This document shows, one piece after another, positions 17,861 through 26,692 of a stretch of DNA of 57,631 nucleotides. The notes under the pieces are model-generated. The model saw only the letters and a program-made list of their open reading frames with translations. It had not been told where the DNA came from and did no database searches. Source of the stretch: Candidatus Curtissbacteria bacterium (GTDB taxonomy: Bacteria > Patescibacteriota > Microgenomatia > Curtissbacterales > GWA2-41-24); the NCBI GenBank assembly GCA_024654445.1, contig JANLHP010000017.1, forward strand, positions 210,524 to 268,154. Reading direction: 5' to 3'. A program made the translations under genes and the position numbers. Each line of letters opens with the position of its first letter. Within the stretch, counting starts at the first letter, position 1.

Positions 17861-18017
17861 AAAGGTCTCATCCTTCTTTAAGGTGAGACCTTAAATACCA
17901 AGAGTTAGATTTAAGGTAGGGCACCTCTTCGAGTCTGAGCAATGAGGCTTACCTCAGAGTCGATGACTCTCGACGACTCCCTCCAAGGGCGGGCAAGCAA
18001 GGATGCCACCTTAAATC
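17861..18017. repeat. Composite palindromic element, AAGGTCTCACCTT family (inverted relative to 1909-2029)
   Basis: Reverse complement aligns with 1909-2029 apart from a ~50-bp inserted module. Confidence 0.85.
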
Positions 18018-18079
18018 GCTTCTTCTGTTGTACCAGTTTTCAACTGGTATAATACAAGGACGGTAAGTGCCGGTTTCCC

Positions 18080-19732
18080 ATGCGAAAGATCTTTGTTTTT
18101 ATTCTAATTGCTGCTTTGGGGCTTTTCTATGGAGTTTCCACAACGCGCGCGGACGAGATTGAAGACTTGCAGAAACAGATTAACGATCTCGCGAAACAGT
18201 TAGAGGGCTCTAAAGCTGCGACAACACCTCTGGAATCTGAAGTTAAATCCCTTGAAGGACAATTAGCATCGATCAATGGTCGACTTGTTGTTTTGCAGAA
18301 AGATTTGCAAAAAAGCGAGGACGAGCTGGAGCTTCAAAAAAAGATACTGGCAAGGACGGTGCGAAATTTTTATATAGGAAGTTTTATTGATATACCGCTC
18401 CTGACGCTGTTTTCTTCGGGGGACGCGACGAGTGTTCTAAGAACGATTACCTTTCAGCAAGAATCGAGTAGGCAAGACAGGGCTTTTATCAGAAATATTT
18501 CTGAGCAAATTGTAAAACTCGCGGACGACAAAAAAAGATTGGCAACAGCTCAGGGGCAAATAAATAAGCAGTCACAGTTTTTGAAGGGGGAAATCGCTTC
18601 CGCAAAATCTTTTCAATCCGAAGTTTCGGGTAAGATCGCCGCGCTTTCTGCCAAACAACAGGAAATTTTGGCCGCGAAATCCGGACAGTTCACGGCAAGT
18701 ATTGGCGACAGCGAACTTGCCGACGATTACAACGCGTCTATTAAAGGCTTTCGGGAAGCGGCACCGGCAGGTTCTTTTGCCGTTTTTTCTTTCGGGGCGC
18801 ATACCCATAGAAAAGGGATGAGCCAGTACGGGGCAAGGGGGAGAGCGCAGTCCGGGCAGAATTATAAGACGATTCTAAACGCGTACTTTGGCAAGCAACC
18901 GGTTTCCAAGGAGACCGGAGGTACGATTAAGGTTTCGGGATTTGGCGATATGGATTTTGAAACGACTTATTTGTACGGGATCGCGGAAATGCCTTCTTCA
19001 TGGAATCCGGAAGCTTTGAAGTCACAGGCAGTTGCCGCCAGAACCTATGCTTACCGATATAAGCAGAAAGGGGATGAGATATGTACTTCAGAAGATTGCC
19101 AGGTTTTTTCAAAATCGAAATCCGACAATGTGCCCGCATCCTGGAAAAGTGCGGTTGATTCCACCAAGGGGGAGGTTTTGGAGGACGTTGTTACCTATTA
19201 CGCTTCTACACACGGAGGATACGCTTTTCCTGTTGGCTGGGATACGACGGACGGTTCGGGAGGCAGTAATTTTGTCGATAAGTCGTATGACAAAATTGGC
19301 GGTTCTCCCTGGGTTTATAAAGCATGGTATACCAAGGGCTACAGCCCGTCTTCGGACAAATGCGGGAGGAGTAATCCCTGGCTTAGTCCTGTTGAAATGG
19401 CCGATATCGTTAATGCCGCTATTGCACTGAAAACATCAGGAATTGATACAGGTAGAATAACTCCGATAACAACATCCTGCTGGGGGGGCAATCCCTACAG
19501 TATTGATGAACTTAGGAATTTGGTTAGCGGGAAGGGGGGGCTTAGTTCCGCAAGTAGCGTTTCTGTTTCACAAGGTAGTGGTTCAACAGGAACGGTTAAT
19601 ATTAACGGGGTACCTTTAAATGGCGATGAGTTTTGTAAGGCATTTAATTTGAGAGCCCCTGGGTATTTGCAGATACCACAATGGTCGGGTAACCAATGCG
19701 GCGGCGCGTTTTTTAATATAGAGAAGAAGTAG
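18080..19732 (+). CDS. Secreted coiled-coil + SpoIID/LytB-domain peptidoglycan hydrolase
   Basis: Signal peptide, coiled coil, HRKGMSQYGA and YLYGIAEMPSSW..EALKSQAVAARTYA motifs. Confidence 0.9.
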   Translation: MRKIFVFILIAALGLFYGVSTTRADEIEDLQKQINDLAKQLEGSKAATTPLESEVKSLEGQLASINGRLVVLQKDLQKSEDELELQKKILARTVRNFYIGSFIDIPLLTLFSSGDATSVLRTITFQQESSRQDRAFIRNISEQIVKLADDKKRLATAQGQINKQSQFLKGEIASAKSFQSEVSGKIAALSAKQQEILAAKSGQFTASIGDSELADDYNASIKGFREAAPAGSFAVFSFGAHTHRKGMSQYGARGRAQSGQNYKTILNAYFGKQPVSKETGGTIKVSGFGDMDFETTYLYGIAEMPSSWNPEALKSQAVAARTYAYRYKQKGDEICTSEDCQVFSKSKSDNVPASWKSAVDSTKGEVLEDVVTYYASTHGGYAFPVGWDTTDGSGGSNFVDKSYDKIGGSPWVYKAWYTKGYSPSSDKCGRSNPWLSPVEMADIVNAAIALKTSGIDTGRITPITTSCWGGNPYSIDELRNLVSGKGGLSSASSVSVSQGSGSTGTVNINGVPLNGDEFCKAFNLRAPGYLQIPQWSGNQCGGAFFNIEKK

Positions 19733-19747
19733 TGCTAGAATTAATTA

Positions 19748-20344
19748 GTGCCTGAAGATACGATTCACACCACAAATCCTTTCGCGATGTTCGCGCCTCA
19801 ACCGATCGGGGTGTCTTTTGAAGGAAGAGAAAGAGGCGAGAAGATCGTTTTGATGTTGCGGGCACACATTGTGACGTTAGTTCCGCAAATTATTTTCGTT
19901 ATTTTTTTATTAATTTTACCCATTATTATTGGTCCAATACTTTCCACAATAGGAGTTGATATTTTTGGTTCTTTAAACGTGGGCCAGAGATTTTTGCTGG
20001 GAGTTTTGTGGTACTTTTTTGTATTCGGTTACGCTTTTTATAAATTTATTTTTTGGTACTTTAATATTTATATGCTTACAAGCGAACGTATAATCGACTT
20101 TGATTTTAAGGGAGTTTTACATAGGGAAACTTCGTACGCAAATCTTACCCAGATCGAAGATGTTTCCCCCAAAAGCATTGGTTTTTTTAGCGCGTTTTTT
20201 CATTTTGGAAATGTTTTTGTTCAAACTGCCGGCGAAAAACCGGAGTTCGAATTTCACCACGTTCCAAGACCTAACGATGTTGCCAAAGAGATTTTAGAGC
20301 AAATAAGAAGAGAAGAGGGAGAAAGGCGAGGATCGGTCGGATAA
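19748..20344 (+). CDS. Membrane protein with bacterial PH (bPH_2-like) domain
   Basis: GE.IVLMLRAH, two TMs, Y.LTSERIID, FHFGNVFVQTAG. Confidence 0.85.
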   Translation: MPEDTIHTTNPFAMFAPQPIGVSFEGRERGEKIVLMLRAHIVTLVPQIIFVIFLLILPIIIGPILSTIGVDIFGSLNVGQRFLLGVLWYFFVFGYAFYKFIFWYFNIYMLTSERIIDFDFKGVLHRETSYANLTQIEDVSPKSIGFFSAFFHFGNVFVQTAGEKPEFEFHHVPRPNDVAKEILEQIRREEGERRGSVG

Positions 20345-20580
20345 TGATTGTCGAAAATGGTTTTTTTAGTTTAGACTTTTTAACTGGTGCTTTTACGATC
20401 AAGGCGTTCGCGGTTTTGTTCCTTGTTTTTTACAGCGTGTTTAGCTTGATTCTTTACAGACAAATCCAGTTGATGGCAAGAAGTGTCCAAATCCAGCTGG
20501 CTTCAGTTTTAAAGGCTATTGCGATTGTTCAAATAGGAGTATCGATCGCTTTGATTTTTATAATTATCGGAGCATTTTAA
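20344..20580 (+). CDS. Small two-TM conserved hypothetical protein
   Basis: Coupled TAATG start; FSLILYRQIQLM motif. Confidence 0.75.
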   Translation: MIVENGFFSLDFLTGAFTIKAFAVLFLVFYSVFSLILYRQIQLMARSVQIQLASVLKAIAIVQIGVSIALIFIIIGAF

Positions 20581-20619
20581 GAAAAGAGAGCTTATATTTA
20601 TCGCTAAAAAGCTCAAAAT

Positions 20620-22653
20620 ATGGAAGAAGCATCTATCCACGTAGAAAAAGTTACAGGGCTTCCAGGGGAAGGCGTAGCCTGTCGCGTTTTTACGACAAAG
20701 GTTTCAATTGCCGATTTTGTAGGTACAGTTGTTTCCTGCATTTACGTTGTTGGGAAGGAAGCAGAATCTAGCGAAGTACTTTCGGACGTATTTGATCTTT
20801 CTGTTAAAAAACTTGAGGAAGGTGAAGATGGTGTGCTTTCCGCCCTTAAGCAGACGAGCGCAAACGTTAGGAGTTATCTTGCGGGAAAAGACTTGGAGCT
20901 TCATTTTGCAACGGTCGTTTTCTATCAAGGCGCGGCTTACATTTGCCGATTTGGAGAAAGTGTAAAAGTATTTGTTTTTAGTCCTCCAAAATCAAGTGAG
21001 CTTACTTTTGAGGTGGGTTCGGGCAGAGTCGGGTCGGGACAAATATATCTTTTGGCAACAGAAGCGTTTCTTTCACTTTTTGACACGTCTGTTTTTGCAA
21101 AAGAAGCAGAGGTCGATTTTGAAGAAATTATAGACGGACTGGCAACGGAAATTTCGGCCGAAGCTGACCAGAGCAAGGTAGGTGCGGCGTTTGCGCAGAT
21201 TAGGGGAGATAAACAGGCCGTAATTGACGAGGAGACAGAAAAGGAAAGAGAAGGTAAAGAGGATAAAGAAGGTGGAGAGGATACAGAAGGGACATTAGTA
21301 GGAAGCGAAGAGGAAGTTGCGGAGGACAAGACTATCGGTGATGAGATAGCGGCGGAGGACAAACATGAAGTTTCAGAGGGTGCAAGTGTCGAGGAAAGAG
21401 GAGTCGGAAGTATTGGCGAGGAGGAGACAGCGGTCCCAAGGGATGAAGGCAGAACTGAGATGCCTGAAGCTTTCGCGAACCAAACAGATTACGCATTTGG
21501 TGAAGCCGAACAAGGGGTACGGGAGGAGAAATCACCGAAATTTAAAAATCCTTTGCCCATTATTTTGGGTGCTGTAGGGCGAGAAATTTCAAGGTTGAGG
21601 CATGGTGATGTTGGGGCAGTCTTTAGACTCAGACGAAACATAGTTTTTATTGCAGTTGTAGTTTTATTGATTTTGGCAAGTTCGGTGGCGTTTGCGATAA
21701 GACAAGGCAACGAAAAAGAAAAGCAGGCCGCATTTGATGCCCATATGGCGACCGCTTCGAGTAAATTTAGCGAAGGTTCCGCGATTGTTGATCTGAACAG
21801 ACAAAGAGCGAGGGAAGTTTTGATTGATGCGGAACGTGAAGTTGGGCTTGCTCTTGAACTTAGGCCTAAAGATGAGCGCGCGCAAAAACTCAAGGATGAT
21901 ATTGCAGCTAGATTAAAAGCTACGGAGTCTAATTCGAATGTGAATTTTTCGACTTTTGCCCAAATCGGGGAGAGTGTTAATTCTTTGGGAATTTCGGGGA
22001 AAAACGTGGTAGTGGTTTCGGTTGACAAAATTACGGTTGTTGACAGTGGTGGTGAGACAGTAGATGAGGTTGAAGGAGTGAAAGGAGCAAAAACGGCGCA
22101 AGTTTTTGACAGCAGAGTTTTTGCGAGCAGCGGCTCTGGTGTTACAAGAGTGAATCTTGGAGGAGGGGAAGCTGTTAGGGTTGCGGATGGTGGTGCAGGT
22201 GAAGTAGGTGTATTTTTTGGAAATGTTTATCTGCTTTTTGGCAACAAGATCGACAAACATGTGCCTGTAGAGGGAGGTTACTCTGGTCCAAGCGCGTATT
22301 TGTCAGGCTCTTACGATTTTGGTCAAAACCCCAGCTTTGCGATCGACGGTATGATTTGGGTTTCCGGAGGTAACAAGATTTATAAGTTCAACAGGGGGCA
22401 GGAAGAAACATTTTCTGTTTCTGGAATGCAGGGGAATCCGACTTTCGGTGTGATCTACACCAGTGGTGAAATTGATAATTTGTATGTCGTTGACCGCGCT
22501 AATTCGGCGCTTTTGGTTATCGGCAAAGACGGAGTTTTCAAGAGTGCTTATCAGTCGCCGGAATTTGCAAAAGCTGCCGATGTTTTAATCAACGAAGACG
22601 AACAGAAGATGTATATTACTTCCGAAAACAAAGTGCTTGTCGCACCCCTTTAA
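20620..22653 (+). CDS. Conserved CPR membrane protein (degenerate PP2C-like N-domain, acidic linker, TM, beta-propeller)
   Basis: 677 aa; beta-repeat C-terminus with FAIDG.IWV and LYVVDRAN. Confidence 0.75.
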   Translation: MEEASIHVEKVTGLPGEGVACRVFTTKVSIADFVGTVVSCIYVVGKEAESSEVLSDVFDLSVKKLEEGEDGVLSALKQTSANVRSYLAGKDLELHFATVVFYQGAAYICRFGESVKVFVFSPPKSSELTFEVGSGRVGSGQIYLLATEAFLSLFDTSVFAKEAEVDFEEIIDGLATEISAEADQSKVGAAFAQIRGDKQAVIDEETEKEREGKEDKEGGEDTEGTLVGSEEEVAEDKTIGDEIAAEDKHEVSEGASVEERGVGSIGEEETAVPRDEGRTEMPEAFANQTDYAFGEAEQGVREEKSPKFKNPLPIILGAVGREISRLRHGDVGAVFRLRRNIVFIAVVVLLILASSVAFAIRQGNEKEKQAAFDAHMATASSKFSEGSAIVDLNRQRAREVLIDAEREVGLALELRPKDERAQKLKDDIAARLKATESNSNVNFSTFAQIGESVNSLGISGKNVVVVSVDKITVVDSGGETVDEVEGVKGAKTAQVFDSRVFASSGSGVTRVNLGGGEAVRVADGGAGEVGVFFGNVYLLFGNKIDKHVPVEGGYSGPSAYLSGSYDFGQNPSFAIDGMIWVSGGNKIYKFNRGQEETFSVSGMQGNPTFGVIYTSGEIDNLYVVDRANSALLVIGKDGVFKSAYQSPEFAKAADVLINEDEQKMYITSENKVLVAPL

Positions 22654-22838
22654 ACTTGATTTTGAAGCTAATTTTTGGTAGACTGTGTCTTCCTGTTCTC
22701 TCTCAAAATCGAAAGATTTTGAAAAGGAGAAATACGATTTATAATGATTTGAATCTGGCTTTGCCAGTTCAAATTCTCCTCTTAAGGGAAAGAGGAATAT
22801 TAAGGAGAAAACCGTAGGTTGTCTCCTTAAAGTAACCT

Positions 22839-23206
22839 GGGGATGTATTGTTTCGACAGGATGGCTCTTTAAAAACTGCAAGCCGAATACGATTCTAAGT
22901 GCGTCAAACTTGAATCAAATTTACGTGCAGACAGAGATGTCTCACCGGCTCCAAGAGGCTTTGCTTTTGCATAAGTTTCTTTAAGAGTCTGTCTTTTAAG
23001 TCTTTTCTCGACGTGACTTACTAGGCAACAACTCAGTCGAGAGTAGGACTTAGGTTCTGATCAAACCTCAGTCTGAAACTTAGATCTTTGTTCTAAATTA
23101 GCCTGTTAATCGGCCACAATTTAAAACGAGATTTTATAGATTAAATAAGCTTGTAGATGTTTTTAAAATGTTTTCTTGGACGAGGGCTCAAAACCCTCCA
23201 TCTCCA
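22839..23206 (+). ncRNA. ssrA: tmRNA; tag (A)ADRDVSPAPRGFAFA* at 22927-22974
   Basis: GGGGATGTATTGTTTCGAC 5' end pairs with CATCTCC-A (G3:U70), T-arm GAGGG/CCCTC, internal ORF ending FAFA-stop, smpB adjacent. Confidence 0.92.
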
Positions 23207-23219
23207 CACACTCTCTCTG

Positions 23220-23375
23220 GTCATCCTGAACTTGATTCAGGATCTAAAAATGGATTCCAGATCAAGTCTGGAATGACAAGTTTGTAAGTTATCGACTTCG
23301 ATCGAACAATATTCAATCCGTTTGTCATTCTCGACCAGACCCTTGAATCTAGATCCCCGCTTTCGCGGGAATGAC
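23220..23375. repeat. Two GTCAT...ATGAC REP-like palindromes between ssrA and smpB
   Basis: GTCATCCTGAACTTGATTCAGGATC..GATTCCAGATCAAGTCTGGAATGAC; GTCATTCTCG..GATCCCCGCTTTCGCGGGAATGAC. Confidence 0.8.
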
Positions 23376-23386
23376 GGGAAGAGTAG

Positions 23387-23824
23387 TTATTTGTTCTCTC
23401 TTATCTCTCTCTCGACGTCGCGTTCTATCGTTTTTTTCTTAAGATCTGCTCGTTTGTCGTATTTTGCTTTTGTTTTGGCGAGTGCAACCTCTGTTTTTGC
23501 TAGATTTCCTTTTATGTAGATAGAGAGCGGAACAATTGTTAGATTTCCGCCCGCAATTTTCCCTAACCAGTTTAGAATCTGCCTTTTGTGCATTAAAAGT
23601 TTTCGTTCGCGCCGGCTGTCCGCGTATTTTTGGGAACCCATCCAGGGATTTATAAAAGCATTGACCAAGAAAACTTCGCCGTCTTTAATCCTGGCGAAGC
23701 TTTCGGAAAGGTCAGCTCGCCCAGCACGGATAGACTTGATTTCTGCCCCATTCAATACGATTCCAGCCTCGACTTTTTCCAAAATATGGTATTTATTTTT
23801 GGCTCGTCTGTTAAAAATTCTCAT
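23387..23824 (-). CDS. smpB: SsrA-binding protein
   Basis: NRRA..KY.I....EAGIVL.G.EIKSIR, RKLLMHK, KYDKR. Confidence 0.97.
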   Translation of the reverse strand: MRIFNRRAKNKYHILEKVEAGIVLNGAEIKSIRAGRADLSESFARIKDGEVFLVNAFINPWMGSQKYADSRRERKLLMHKRQILNWLGKIAGGNLTIVPLSIYIKGNLAKTEVALAKTKAKYDKRADLKKKTIERDVEREIRENK

Positions 23825-23832
23825 TTGAATTT

Positions 23833-23908
23833 GTCATTCTGGCTTGTCCAGAATCCGATTTTGCTTGCAAAACTTATCTTCTGGAGTCGCTTCGCTCCCC
23901 AGAATGAC
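23833..23908. repeat. GTCAT...ATGAC REP-like palindrome
   Basis: GTCATTCTGG..CCAGAATC ... TTCTGGAGTCGCTTCGCTCCCCAGAATGAC. Confidence 0.8.
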
Positions 23909-23991
23909 GTAAGTAAGTTGCTGCTTGTCCTATAATTTCTCAAGAAATTAATGAGAAGAAATTGTATTCTTCGAATATAATAGCATCCCAA

Positions 23992-24666
23992 ATGGCTTTA
24001 TCTTTTTTAGATTTGGTTTTTCCCAAGCGCTGTGTTTCTTGCCGTAGGCTTGGAAATTATATATGTACTGATTGTTTTTTGAAAATTGAGTTTTTGGAAC
24101 ATCCGGTTTGCCCGGTTTGCCAGAGACAGGCAATAGGTGGGCGAGTACACCCTGGGTGTAAGACGCTGTATACGTTGGACGGACTAGTAGTTGCTTGTAA
24201 ATATAGAGGTCCGGTTCGAAATGCGATAAAGAAGGTGAAATATAGATGGGTTCGAAGCATCGAAAAGGTTTTAGTCGATCTTTTGGTCTCGCAAATTTGG
24301 AGGTTTGACTTACCGGAGGATGTAATCCTGGTGCCAGTCCCACTTCATATTAAACGTGAAAGGTGGAGAGGATTTAACCAGTCCGAAATTTTGGCAAGCA
24401 CCCTAGGGAGAGAATTCAAAGTTCAGTCTAATCTATCGATTAATCGATTAATCGATACAAAAGCGCAAGTAAGGCTGGATAGAAAAGCAAGGAAAGAAAA
24501 TGTGAAAGGGGCTTTCGCTATTGCGAGGGGTGCAAAAGTAGAAGGGACAAATATTATATTAGTGGATGATGTTTATACGAGCGGTTCGACGATGAGCGAG
24601 TGCGCAAAAGTTTTAAAAAAAGCTGGCGCAAAAAGCGTTTTGGGAGCAGCAATTGCTCTGGGGTAA
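23992..24666 (+). CDS. comF: ComF-family protein (double Zn-ribbon + PRTase fold)
   Basis: FPKRCVSC..ICTDC..CPVC, VPVPLH..R...RGFNQ, ILVDDVYTSGSTM; ATG at 23992 preferred over TTG at 23962. Confidence 0.93.
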   Translation: MALSFLDLVFPKRCVSCRRLGNYICTDCFLKIEFLEHPVCPVCQRQAIGGRVHPGCKTLYTLDGLVVACKYRGPVRNAIKKVKYRWVRSIEKVLVDLLVSQIWRFDLPEDVILVPVPLHIKRERWRGFNQSEILASTLGREFKVQSNLSINRLIDTKAQVRLDRKARKENVKGAFAIARGAKVEGTNIILVDDVYTSGSTMSECAKVLKKAGAKSVLGAAIALG

Positions 24667-24676
24667 CTCTCCACCA

Positions 24677-24833
24677 TGTCATTATGTAGCCCTTCACTCC
24701 TGTCATCCTGAGCGGAGCGAAGGATCTGTCCTTTGTTCAGGGTAAACTCCGCGCGAGAATCTTTTCTAGATCCTATTTCGAGTTCGCGAGAAACAAGCTC
24801 TCTTTTCGTGGTCGTTGCCACTCCAGGATGACA
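24677..24833. repeat. ~155-bp composite GTCATCCTGAGCGGAGCGAAGG REP-like element
   Basis: Near-copy of 27353-27503. Confidence 0.85.
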
Positions 24834-24865
24834 AGGGCGATGCATTTTGGTAGAATTTGGCCGAT

Positions 24866-25567
24866 ATGACTGAATCTGACGCAGGAACAATACACTCACA
24901 AGCAGAACAAGCTCGCGAACGAGGGGATTTTACAGAAGCATTGAAGCTTACTGAGGATGCTTTCGCCGCTTATAATTCCGAAGGAAATGGTGCTAAAGCT
25001 GCTGAAGTCTTAGCGTCGAAGACCTTAACTCTTCGCCACTTATATGAGCAGACTGGGGATATATCTTATTTGGATCAGGCAAAAGAAGAGGCTAGAAGAT
25101 CGGTCCAGGTTGCTACAGCCAGCGGTGTTGGTGGAGCCACGATTTTGCCTCGTTACAATTTAGCAAAAGTCTTAGAAACTTCTGGAGAATTAGAAGAAGC
25201 TACGGGAGTAATGGAAGGGGTTGTTGATGACATGATGAAAAATCCTCCCGAGGAGCTTAAACGTCCATCTGTTAAAGCGGAAATGGAAGTAAGACTTGCA
25301 ACTTTCGAGTATAGAGGTGGCGATAAGAGTGCTTTAGAGCGAGCAGAAAAATCACTTTCAGACCTTGAAGCAGCGGATGAACCAGATGAGTATGCCAGAG
25401 ATGTTTGGGTTTCTGGTGGCCATATGAAAATTGCCGCGATGTTAGTTGAAGATGATCCTGCGAAGGCAAAAGAACACTTAGAAAAAGCAAGAGCAATTAT
25501 TGACGGTAACCCTAAATTAACACTTCGAAGAGCTCAATTCGAAAAACTCTCCCAAAGCTTCAGTTAA
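24866..25567 (+). CDS. TPR-like helical repeat protein
   Basis: Ala-rich helical repeats (ARERGDFTEALKL..., YNLAKVLETSGELEEA). Confidence 0.75.
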   Translation: MTESDAGTIHSQAEQARERGDFTEALKLTEDAFAAYNSEGNGAKAAEVLASKTLTLRHLYEQTGDISYLDQAKEEARRSVQVATASGVGGATILPRYNLAKVLETSGELEEATGVMEGVVDDMMKNPPEELKRPSVKAEMEVRLATFEYRGGDKSALERAEKSLSDLEAADEPDEYARDVWVSGGHMKIAAMLVEDDPAKAKEHLEKARAIIDGNPKLTLRRAQFEKLSQSFS

Positions 25568-25595
25568 CTCCAAATCCTGAATAAATACTAGACAA

Positions 25596-25665
25596 TGGCG
25601 GAGGAGGTGGGATTTACAACTAAAGTTGTAGTATAGTGCACTTCGCTTGCACTATAAACGAACCC
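25596..25665 (-). other. tRNA-Ser 3' piece (T-arm + acceptor + CCA) with double-hairpin insert in the T-loop
   Basis: GGGTTCG-[TTTATAGTGCAAGCGAAGTGCACTATA CTACAACTTTAGTTGTA]-AATCCCACCTCCTCCGCCA. Confidence 0.8.
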
Positions 25666-25671
25666 TTCCTG

Positions 25672-25758
25672 CGGAGGCGAGAGGATTCGAACCTCTGAGA
25701 GCCTTACGGCCCTAGTTGTTTTCAAGACAACCGCACTAGTCCACTATGCGACGCCTCC
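25672..25758 (-). tRNA. tRNA-Ser(TGA)
   Basis: GGAGGCG/CGCCTCC acceptor, GTTGT-CTTGAAA-ACAAC anticodon arm, long variable arm, GGTTCGAATCC; no encoded CCA. Confidence 0.95.
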
Positions 25759-25773
25759 GAGTTGTCCAATTAT

Positions 25774-25873
25774 CGCACTAGTCCACATTAGGCCCGCAGA
25801 TCTGCTATGCAGATCGAGGACCGCATGCCATGGCCCTGAGTAATCGAAGGGGCACTGTATATGCGACCTCTCC
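25774..25873 (-). other. tRNA-Ser 5' piece (acceptor strand + D-arm) with ~73-nt insert in the D-loop
   Basis: GGAGAGGTCGCATA-[TACAGTGCCCC...TGCGGGCCTAAT]-GTGGACTAGTGCG versus intact GGAGGCGTCGCATA-GTGGACTAGTGCG. Confidence 0.8.
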
Positions 25874-25877
25874 CAGT

Positions 25878-25944
25878 TGGCGGAGGAGGTGGGATGTGCG
25901 CTTTTTGCGCGAATAGTGCACTCCGTTTACACTATTTACGAACC
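25878..25944 (-). other. tRNA-Ser 3' piece with double-hairpin insert in the T-loop
   Basis: GGTTCG-[TAAATAGTGTAAACGGAGTGCACTATTCGCGCAAAAAGCGCAC]-ATCCCACCTCCTCCGCCA. Confidence 0.8.
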
Positions 25945-26012
25945 AATGGGTTCTCATCAGCCACCTCTCTTTTACAAAATTAGGACTAAAAAAGCCCAAT
26001 TTCGCAAAAGGG

Positions 26013-26101
26013 CGGAGGAGGTGGGATTCGAACCCACGCGAGCCGGTAAAGGCTCAAGGGTTTAGCAAACCCTCGCAATGGACCAACTATGCGACTCCTC
26101 C
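26013..26101 (-). tRNA. tRNA-Ser(GCT)
   Basis: GGAGGAG/CTCCTCC acceptor, AGGGT-TTGCTAA-ACCCT, long variable arm, GGGTTCGAATCCC. Confidence 0.95.
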
Positions 26102-26150
26102 TAAATTGCTGCCTCATTTTACCAGAGACAGGTTTGTACATCAATGAATT

Positions 26151-26663
26151 ATGAGTTATATTTACCGCAATAATCTTAAGATTGGTACTGTGATTCTTAA
26201 TTTCAATCTCACCAGAAGAAACTTACTCGCAATTTTTCTTGGTTTTTTAGTGTTCTTGGTGCTTTTTATAGTGGCAAAAGTGTTAGTTTTATTCACATTT
26301 CATCAAGCGGTGTTGAATTTTCCTTTAGGAGATATTGAGGGTTCTCTTTCCCGTCAGCCATTTGCTGCCATCCTTTGGATATCAAGAACCTTGTCACTAA
26401 TGGCTCCGTTATTAGGAGGAGTTGTAATAGGTTATATGGTTAGAGAAAGAGGATGGTTTTATGGTGGTTTGCTGGGAGTTTTACTGGCAATTATTTTTAT
26501 GGGAATTATCTCTCTAGGTTTTTTTGTGCCCGAATCTTTTAATCCCAACTCATTCGGCGAGATTATACTTGAGGTGATTTTTTACTTGCCTTTATATGTA
26601 GTTTTGACTGCTCTTGGAGGTTGGTTGGGAGAAATACTTAAAAACAGGAAGTCATTGGTTTGA
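26151..26663 (+). CDS. Four-TM membrane protein
   Basis: GG..IGY..RERGWFYG.LLG motif; start uncertain. Confidence 0.7.
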   Translation: MSYIYRNNLKIGTVILNFNLTRRNLLAIFLGFLVFLVLFIVAKVLVLFTFHQAVLNFPLGDIEGSLSRQPFAAILWISRTLSLMAPLLGGVVIGYMVRERGWFYGGLLGVLLAIIFMGIISLGFFVPESFNPNSFGEIILEVIFYLPLYVVLTALGGWLGEILKNRKSLV

Positions 26664-26692
26664 TCTTTTTGTGATAAACTAAAACTGCCAAA

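Noticed and set aside
1873..18017. Repeats as a CRISPR array
   Set aside because: Copies are kilobases apart, variable in length and palindromic composites; no regular repeat-spacer period and no cas genes
22585..22881. 98-aa minus-strand ORF
   Set aside because: Overlaps the end of a real CDS and the tmRNA 5' end; no protein-like features
23322..23935. Short plus-strand ORFs (e.g. LDPRFRGND)
   Set aside because: Translations of REP-like palindromes and the antisense of smpB
24573..24899. 108-aa minus-strand ORF containing ILRSAQDD
   Set aside because: Shadow translation of the composite REP element
25787..25859. Group I or II intron in tRNA
   Set aside because: Inserts are 37-73 nt, far too short, and lack catalytic core motifs
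25805..26065. ORFs 25805..25999 and 25877..26065
   Set aside because: Lie on tRNA-Ser(GCT) and the interrupted tRNA pieces
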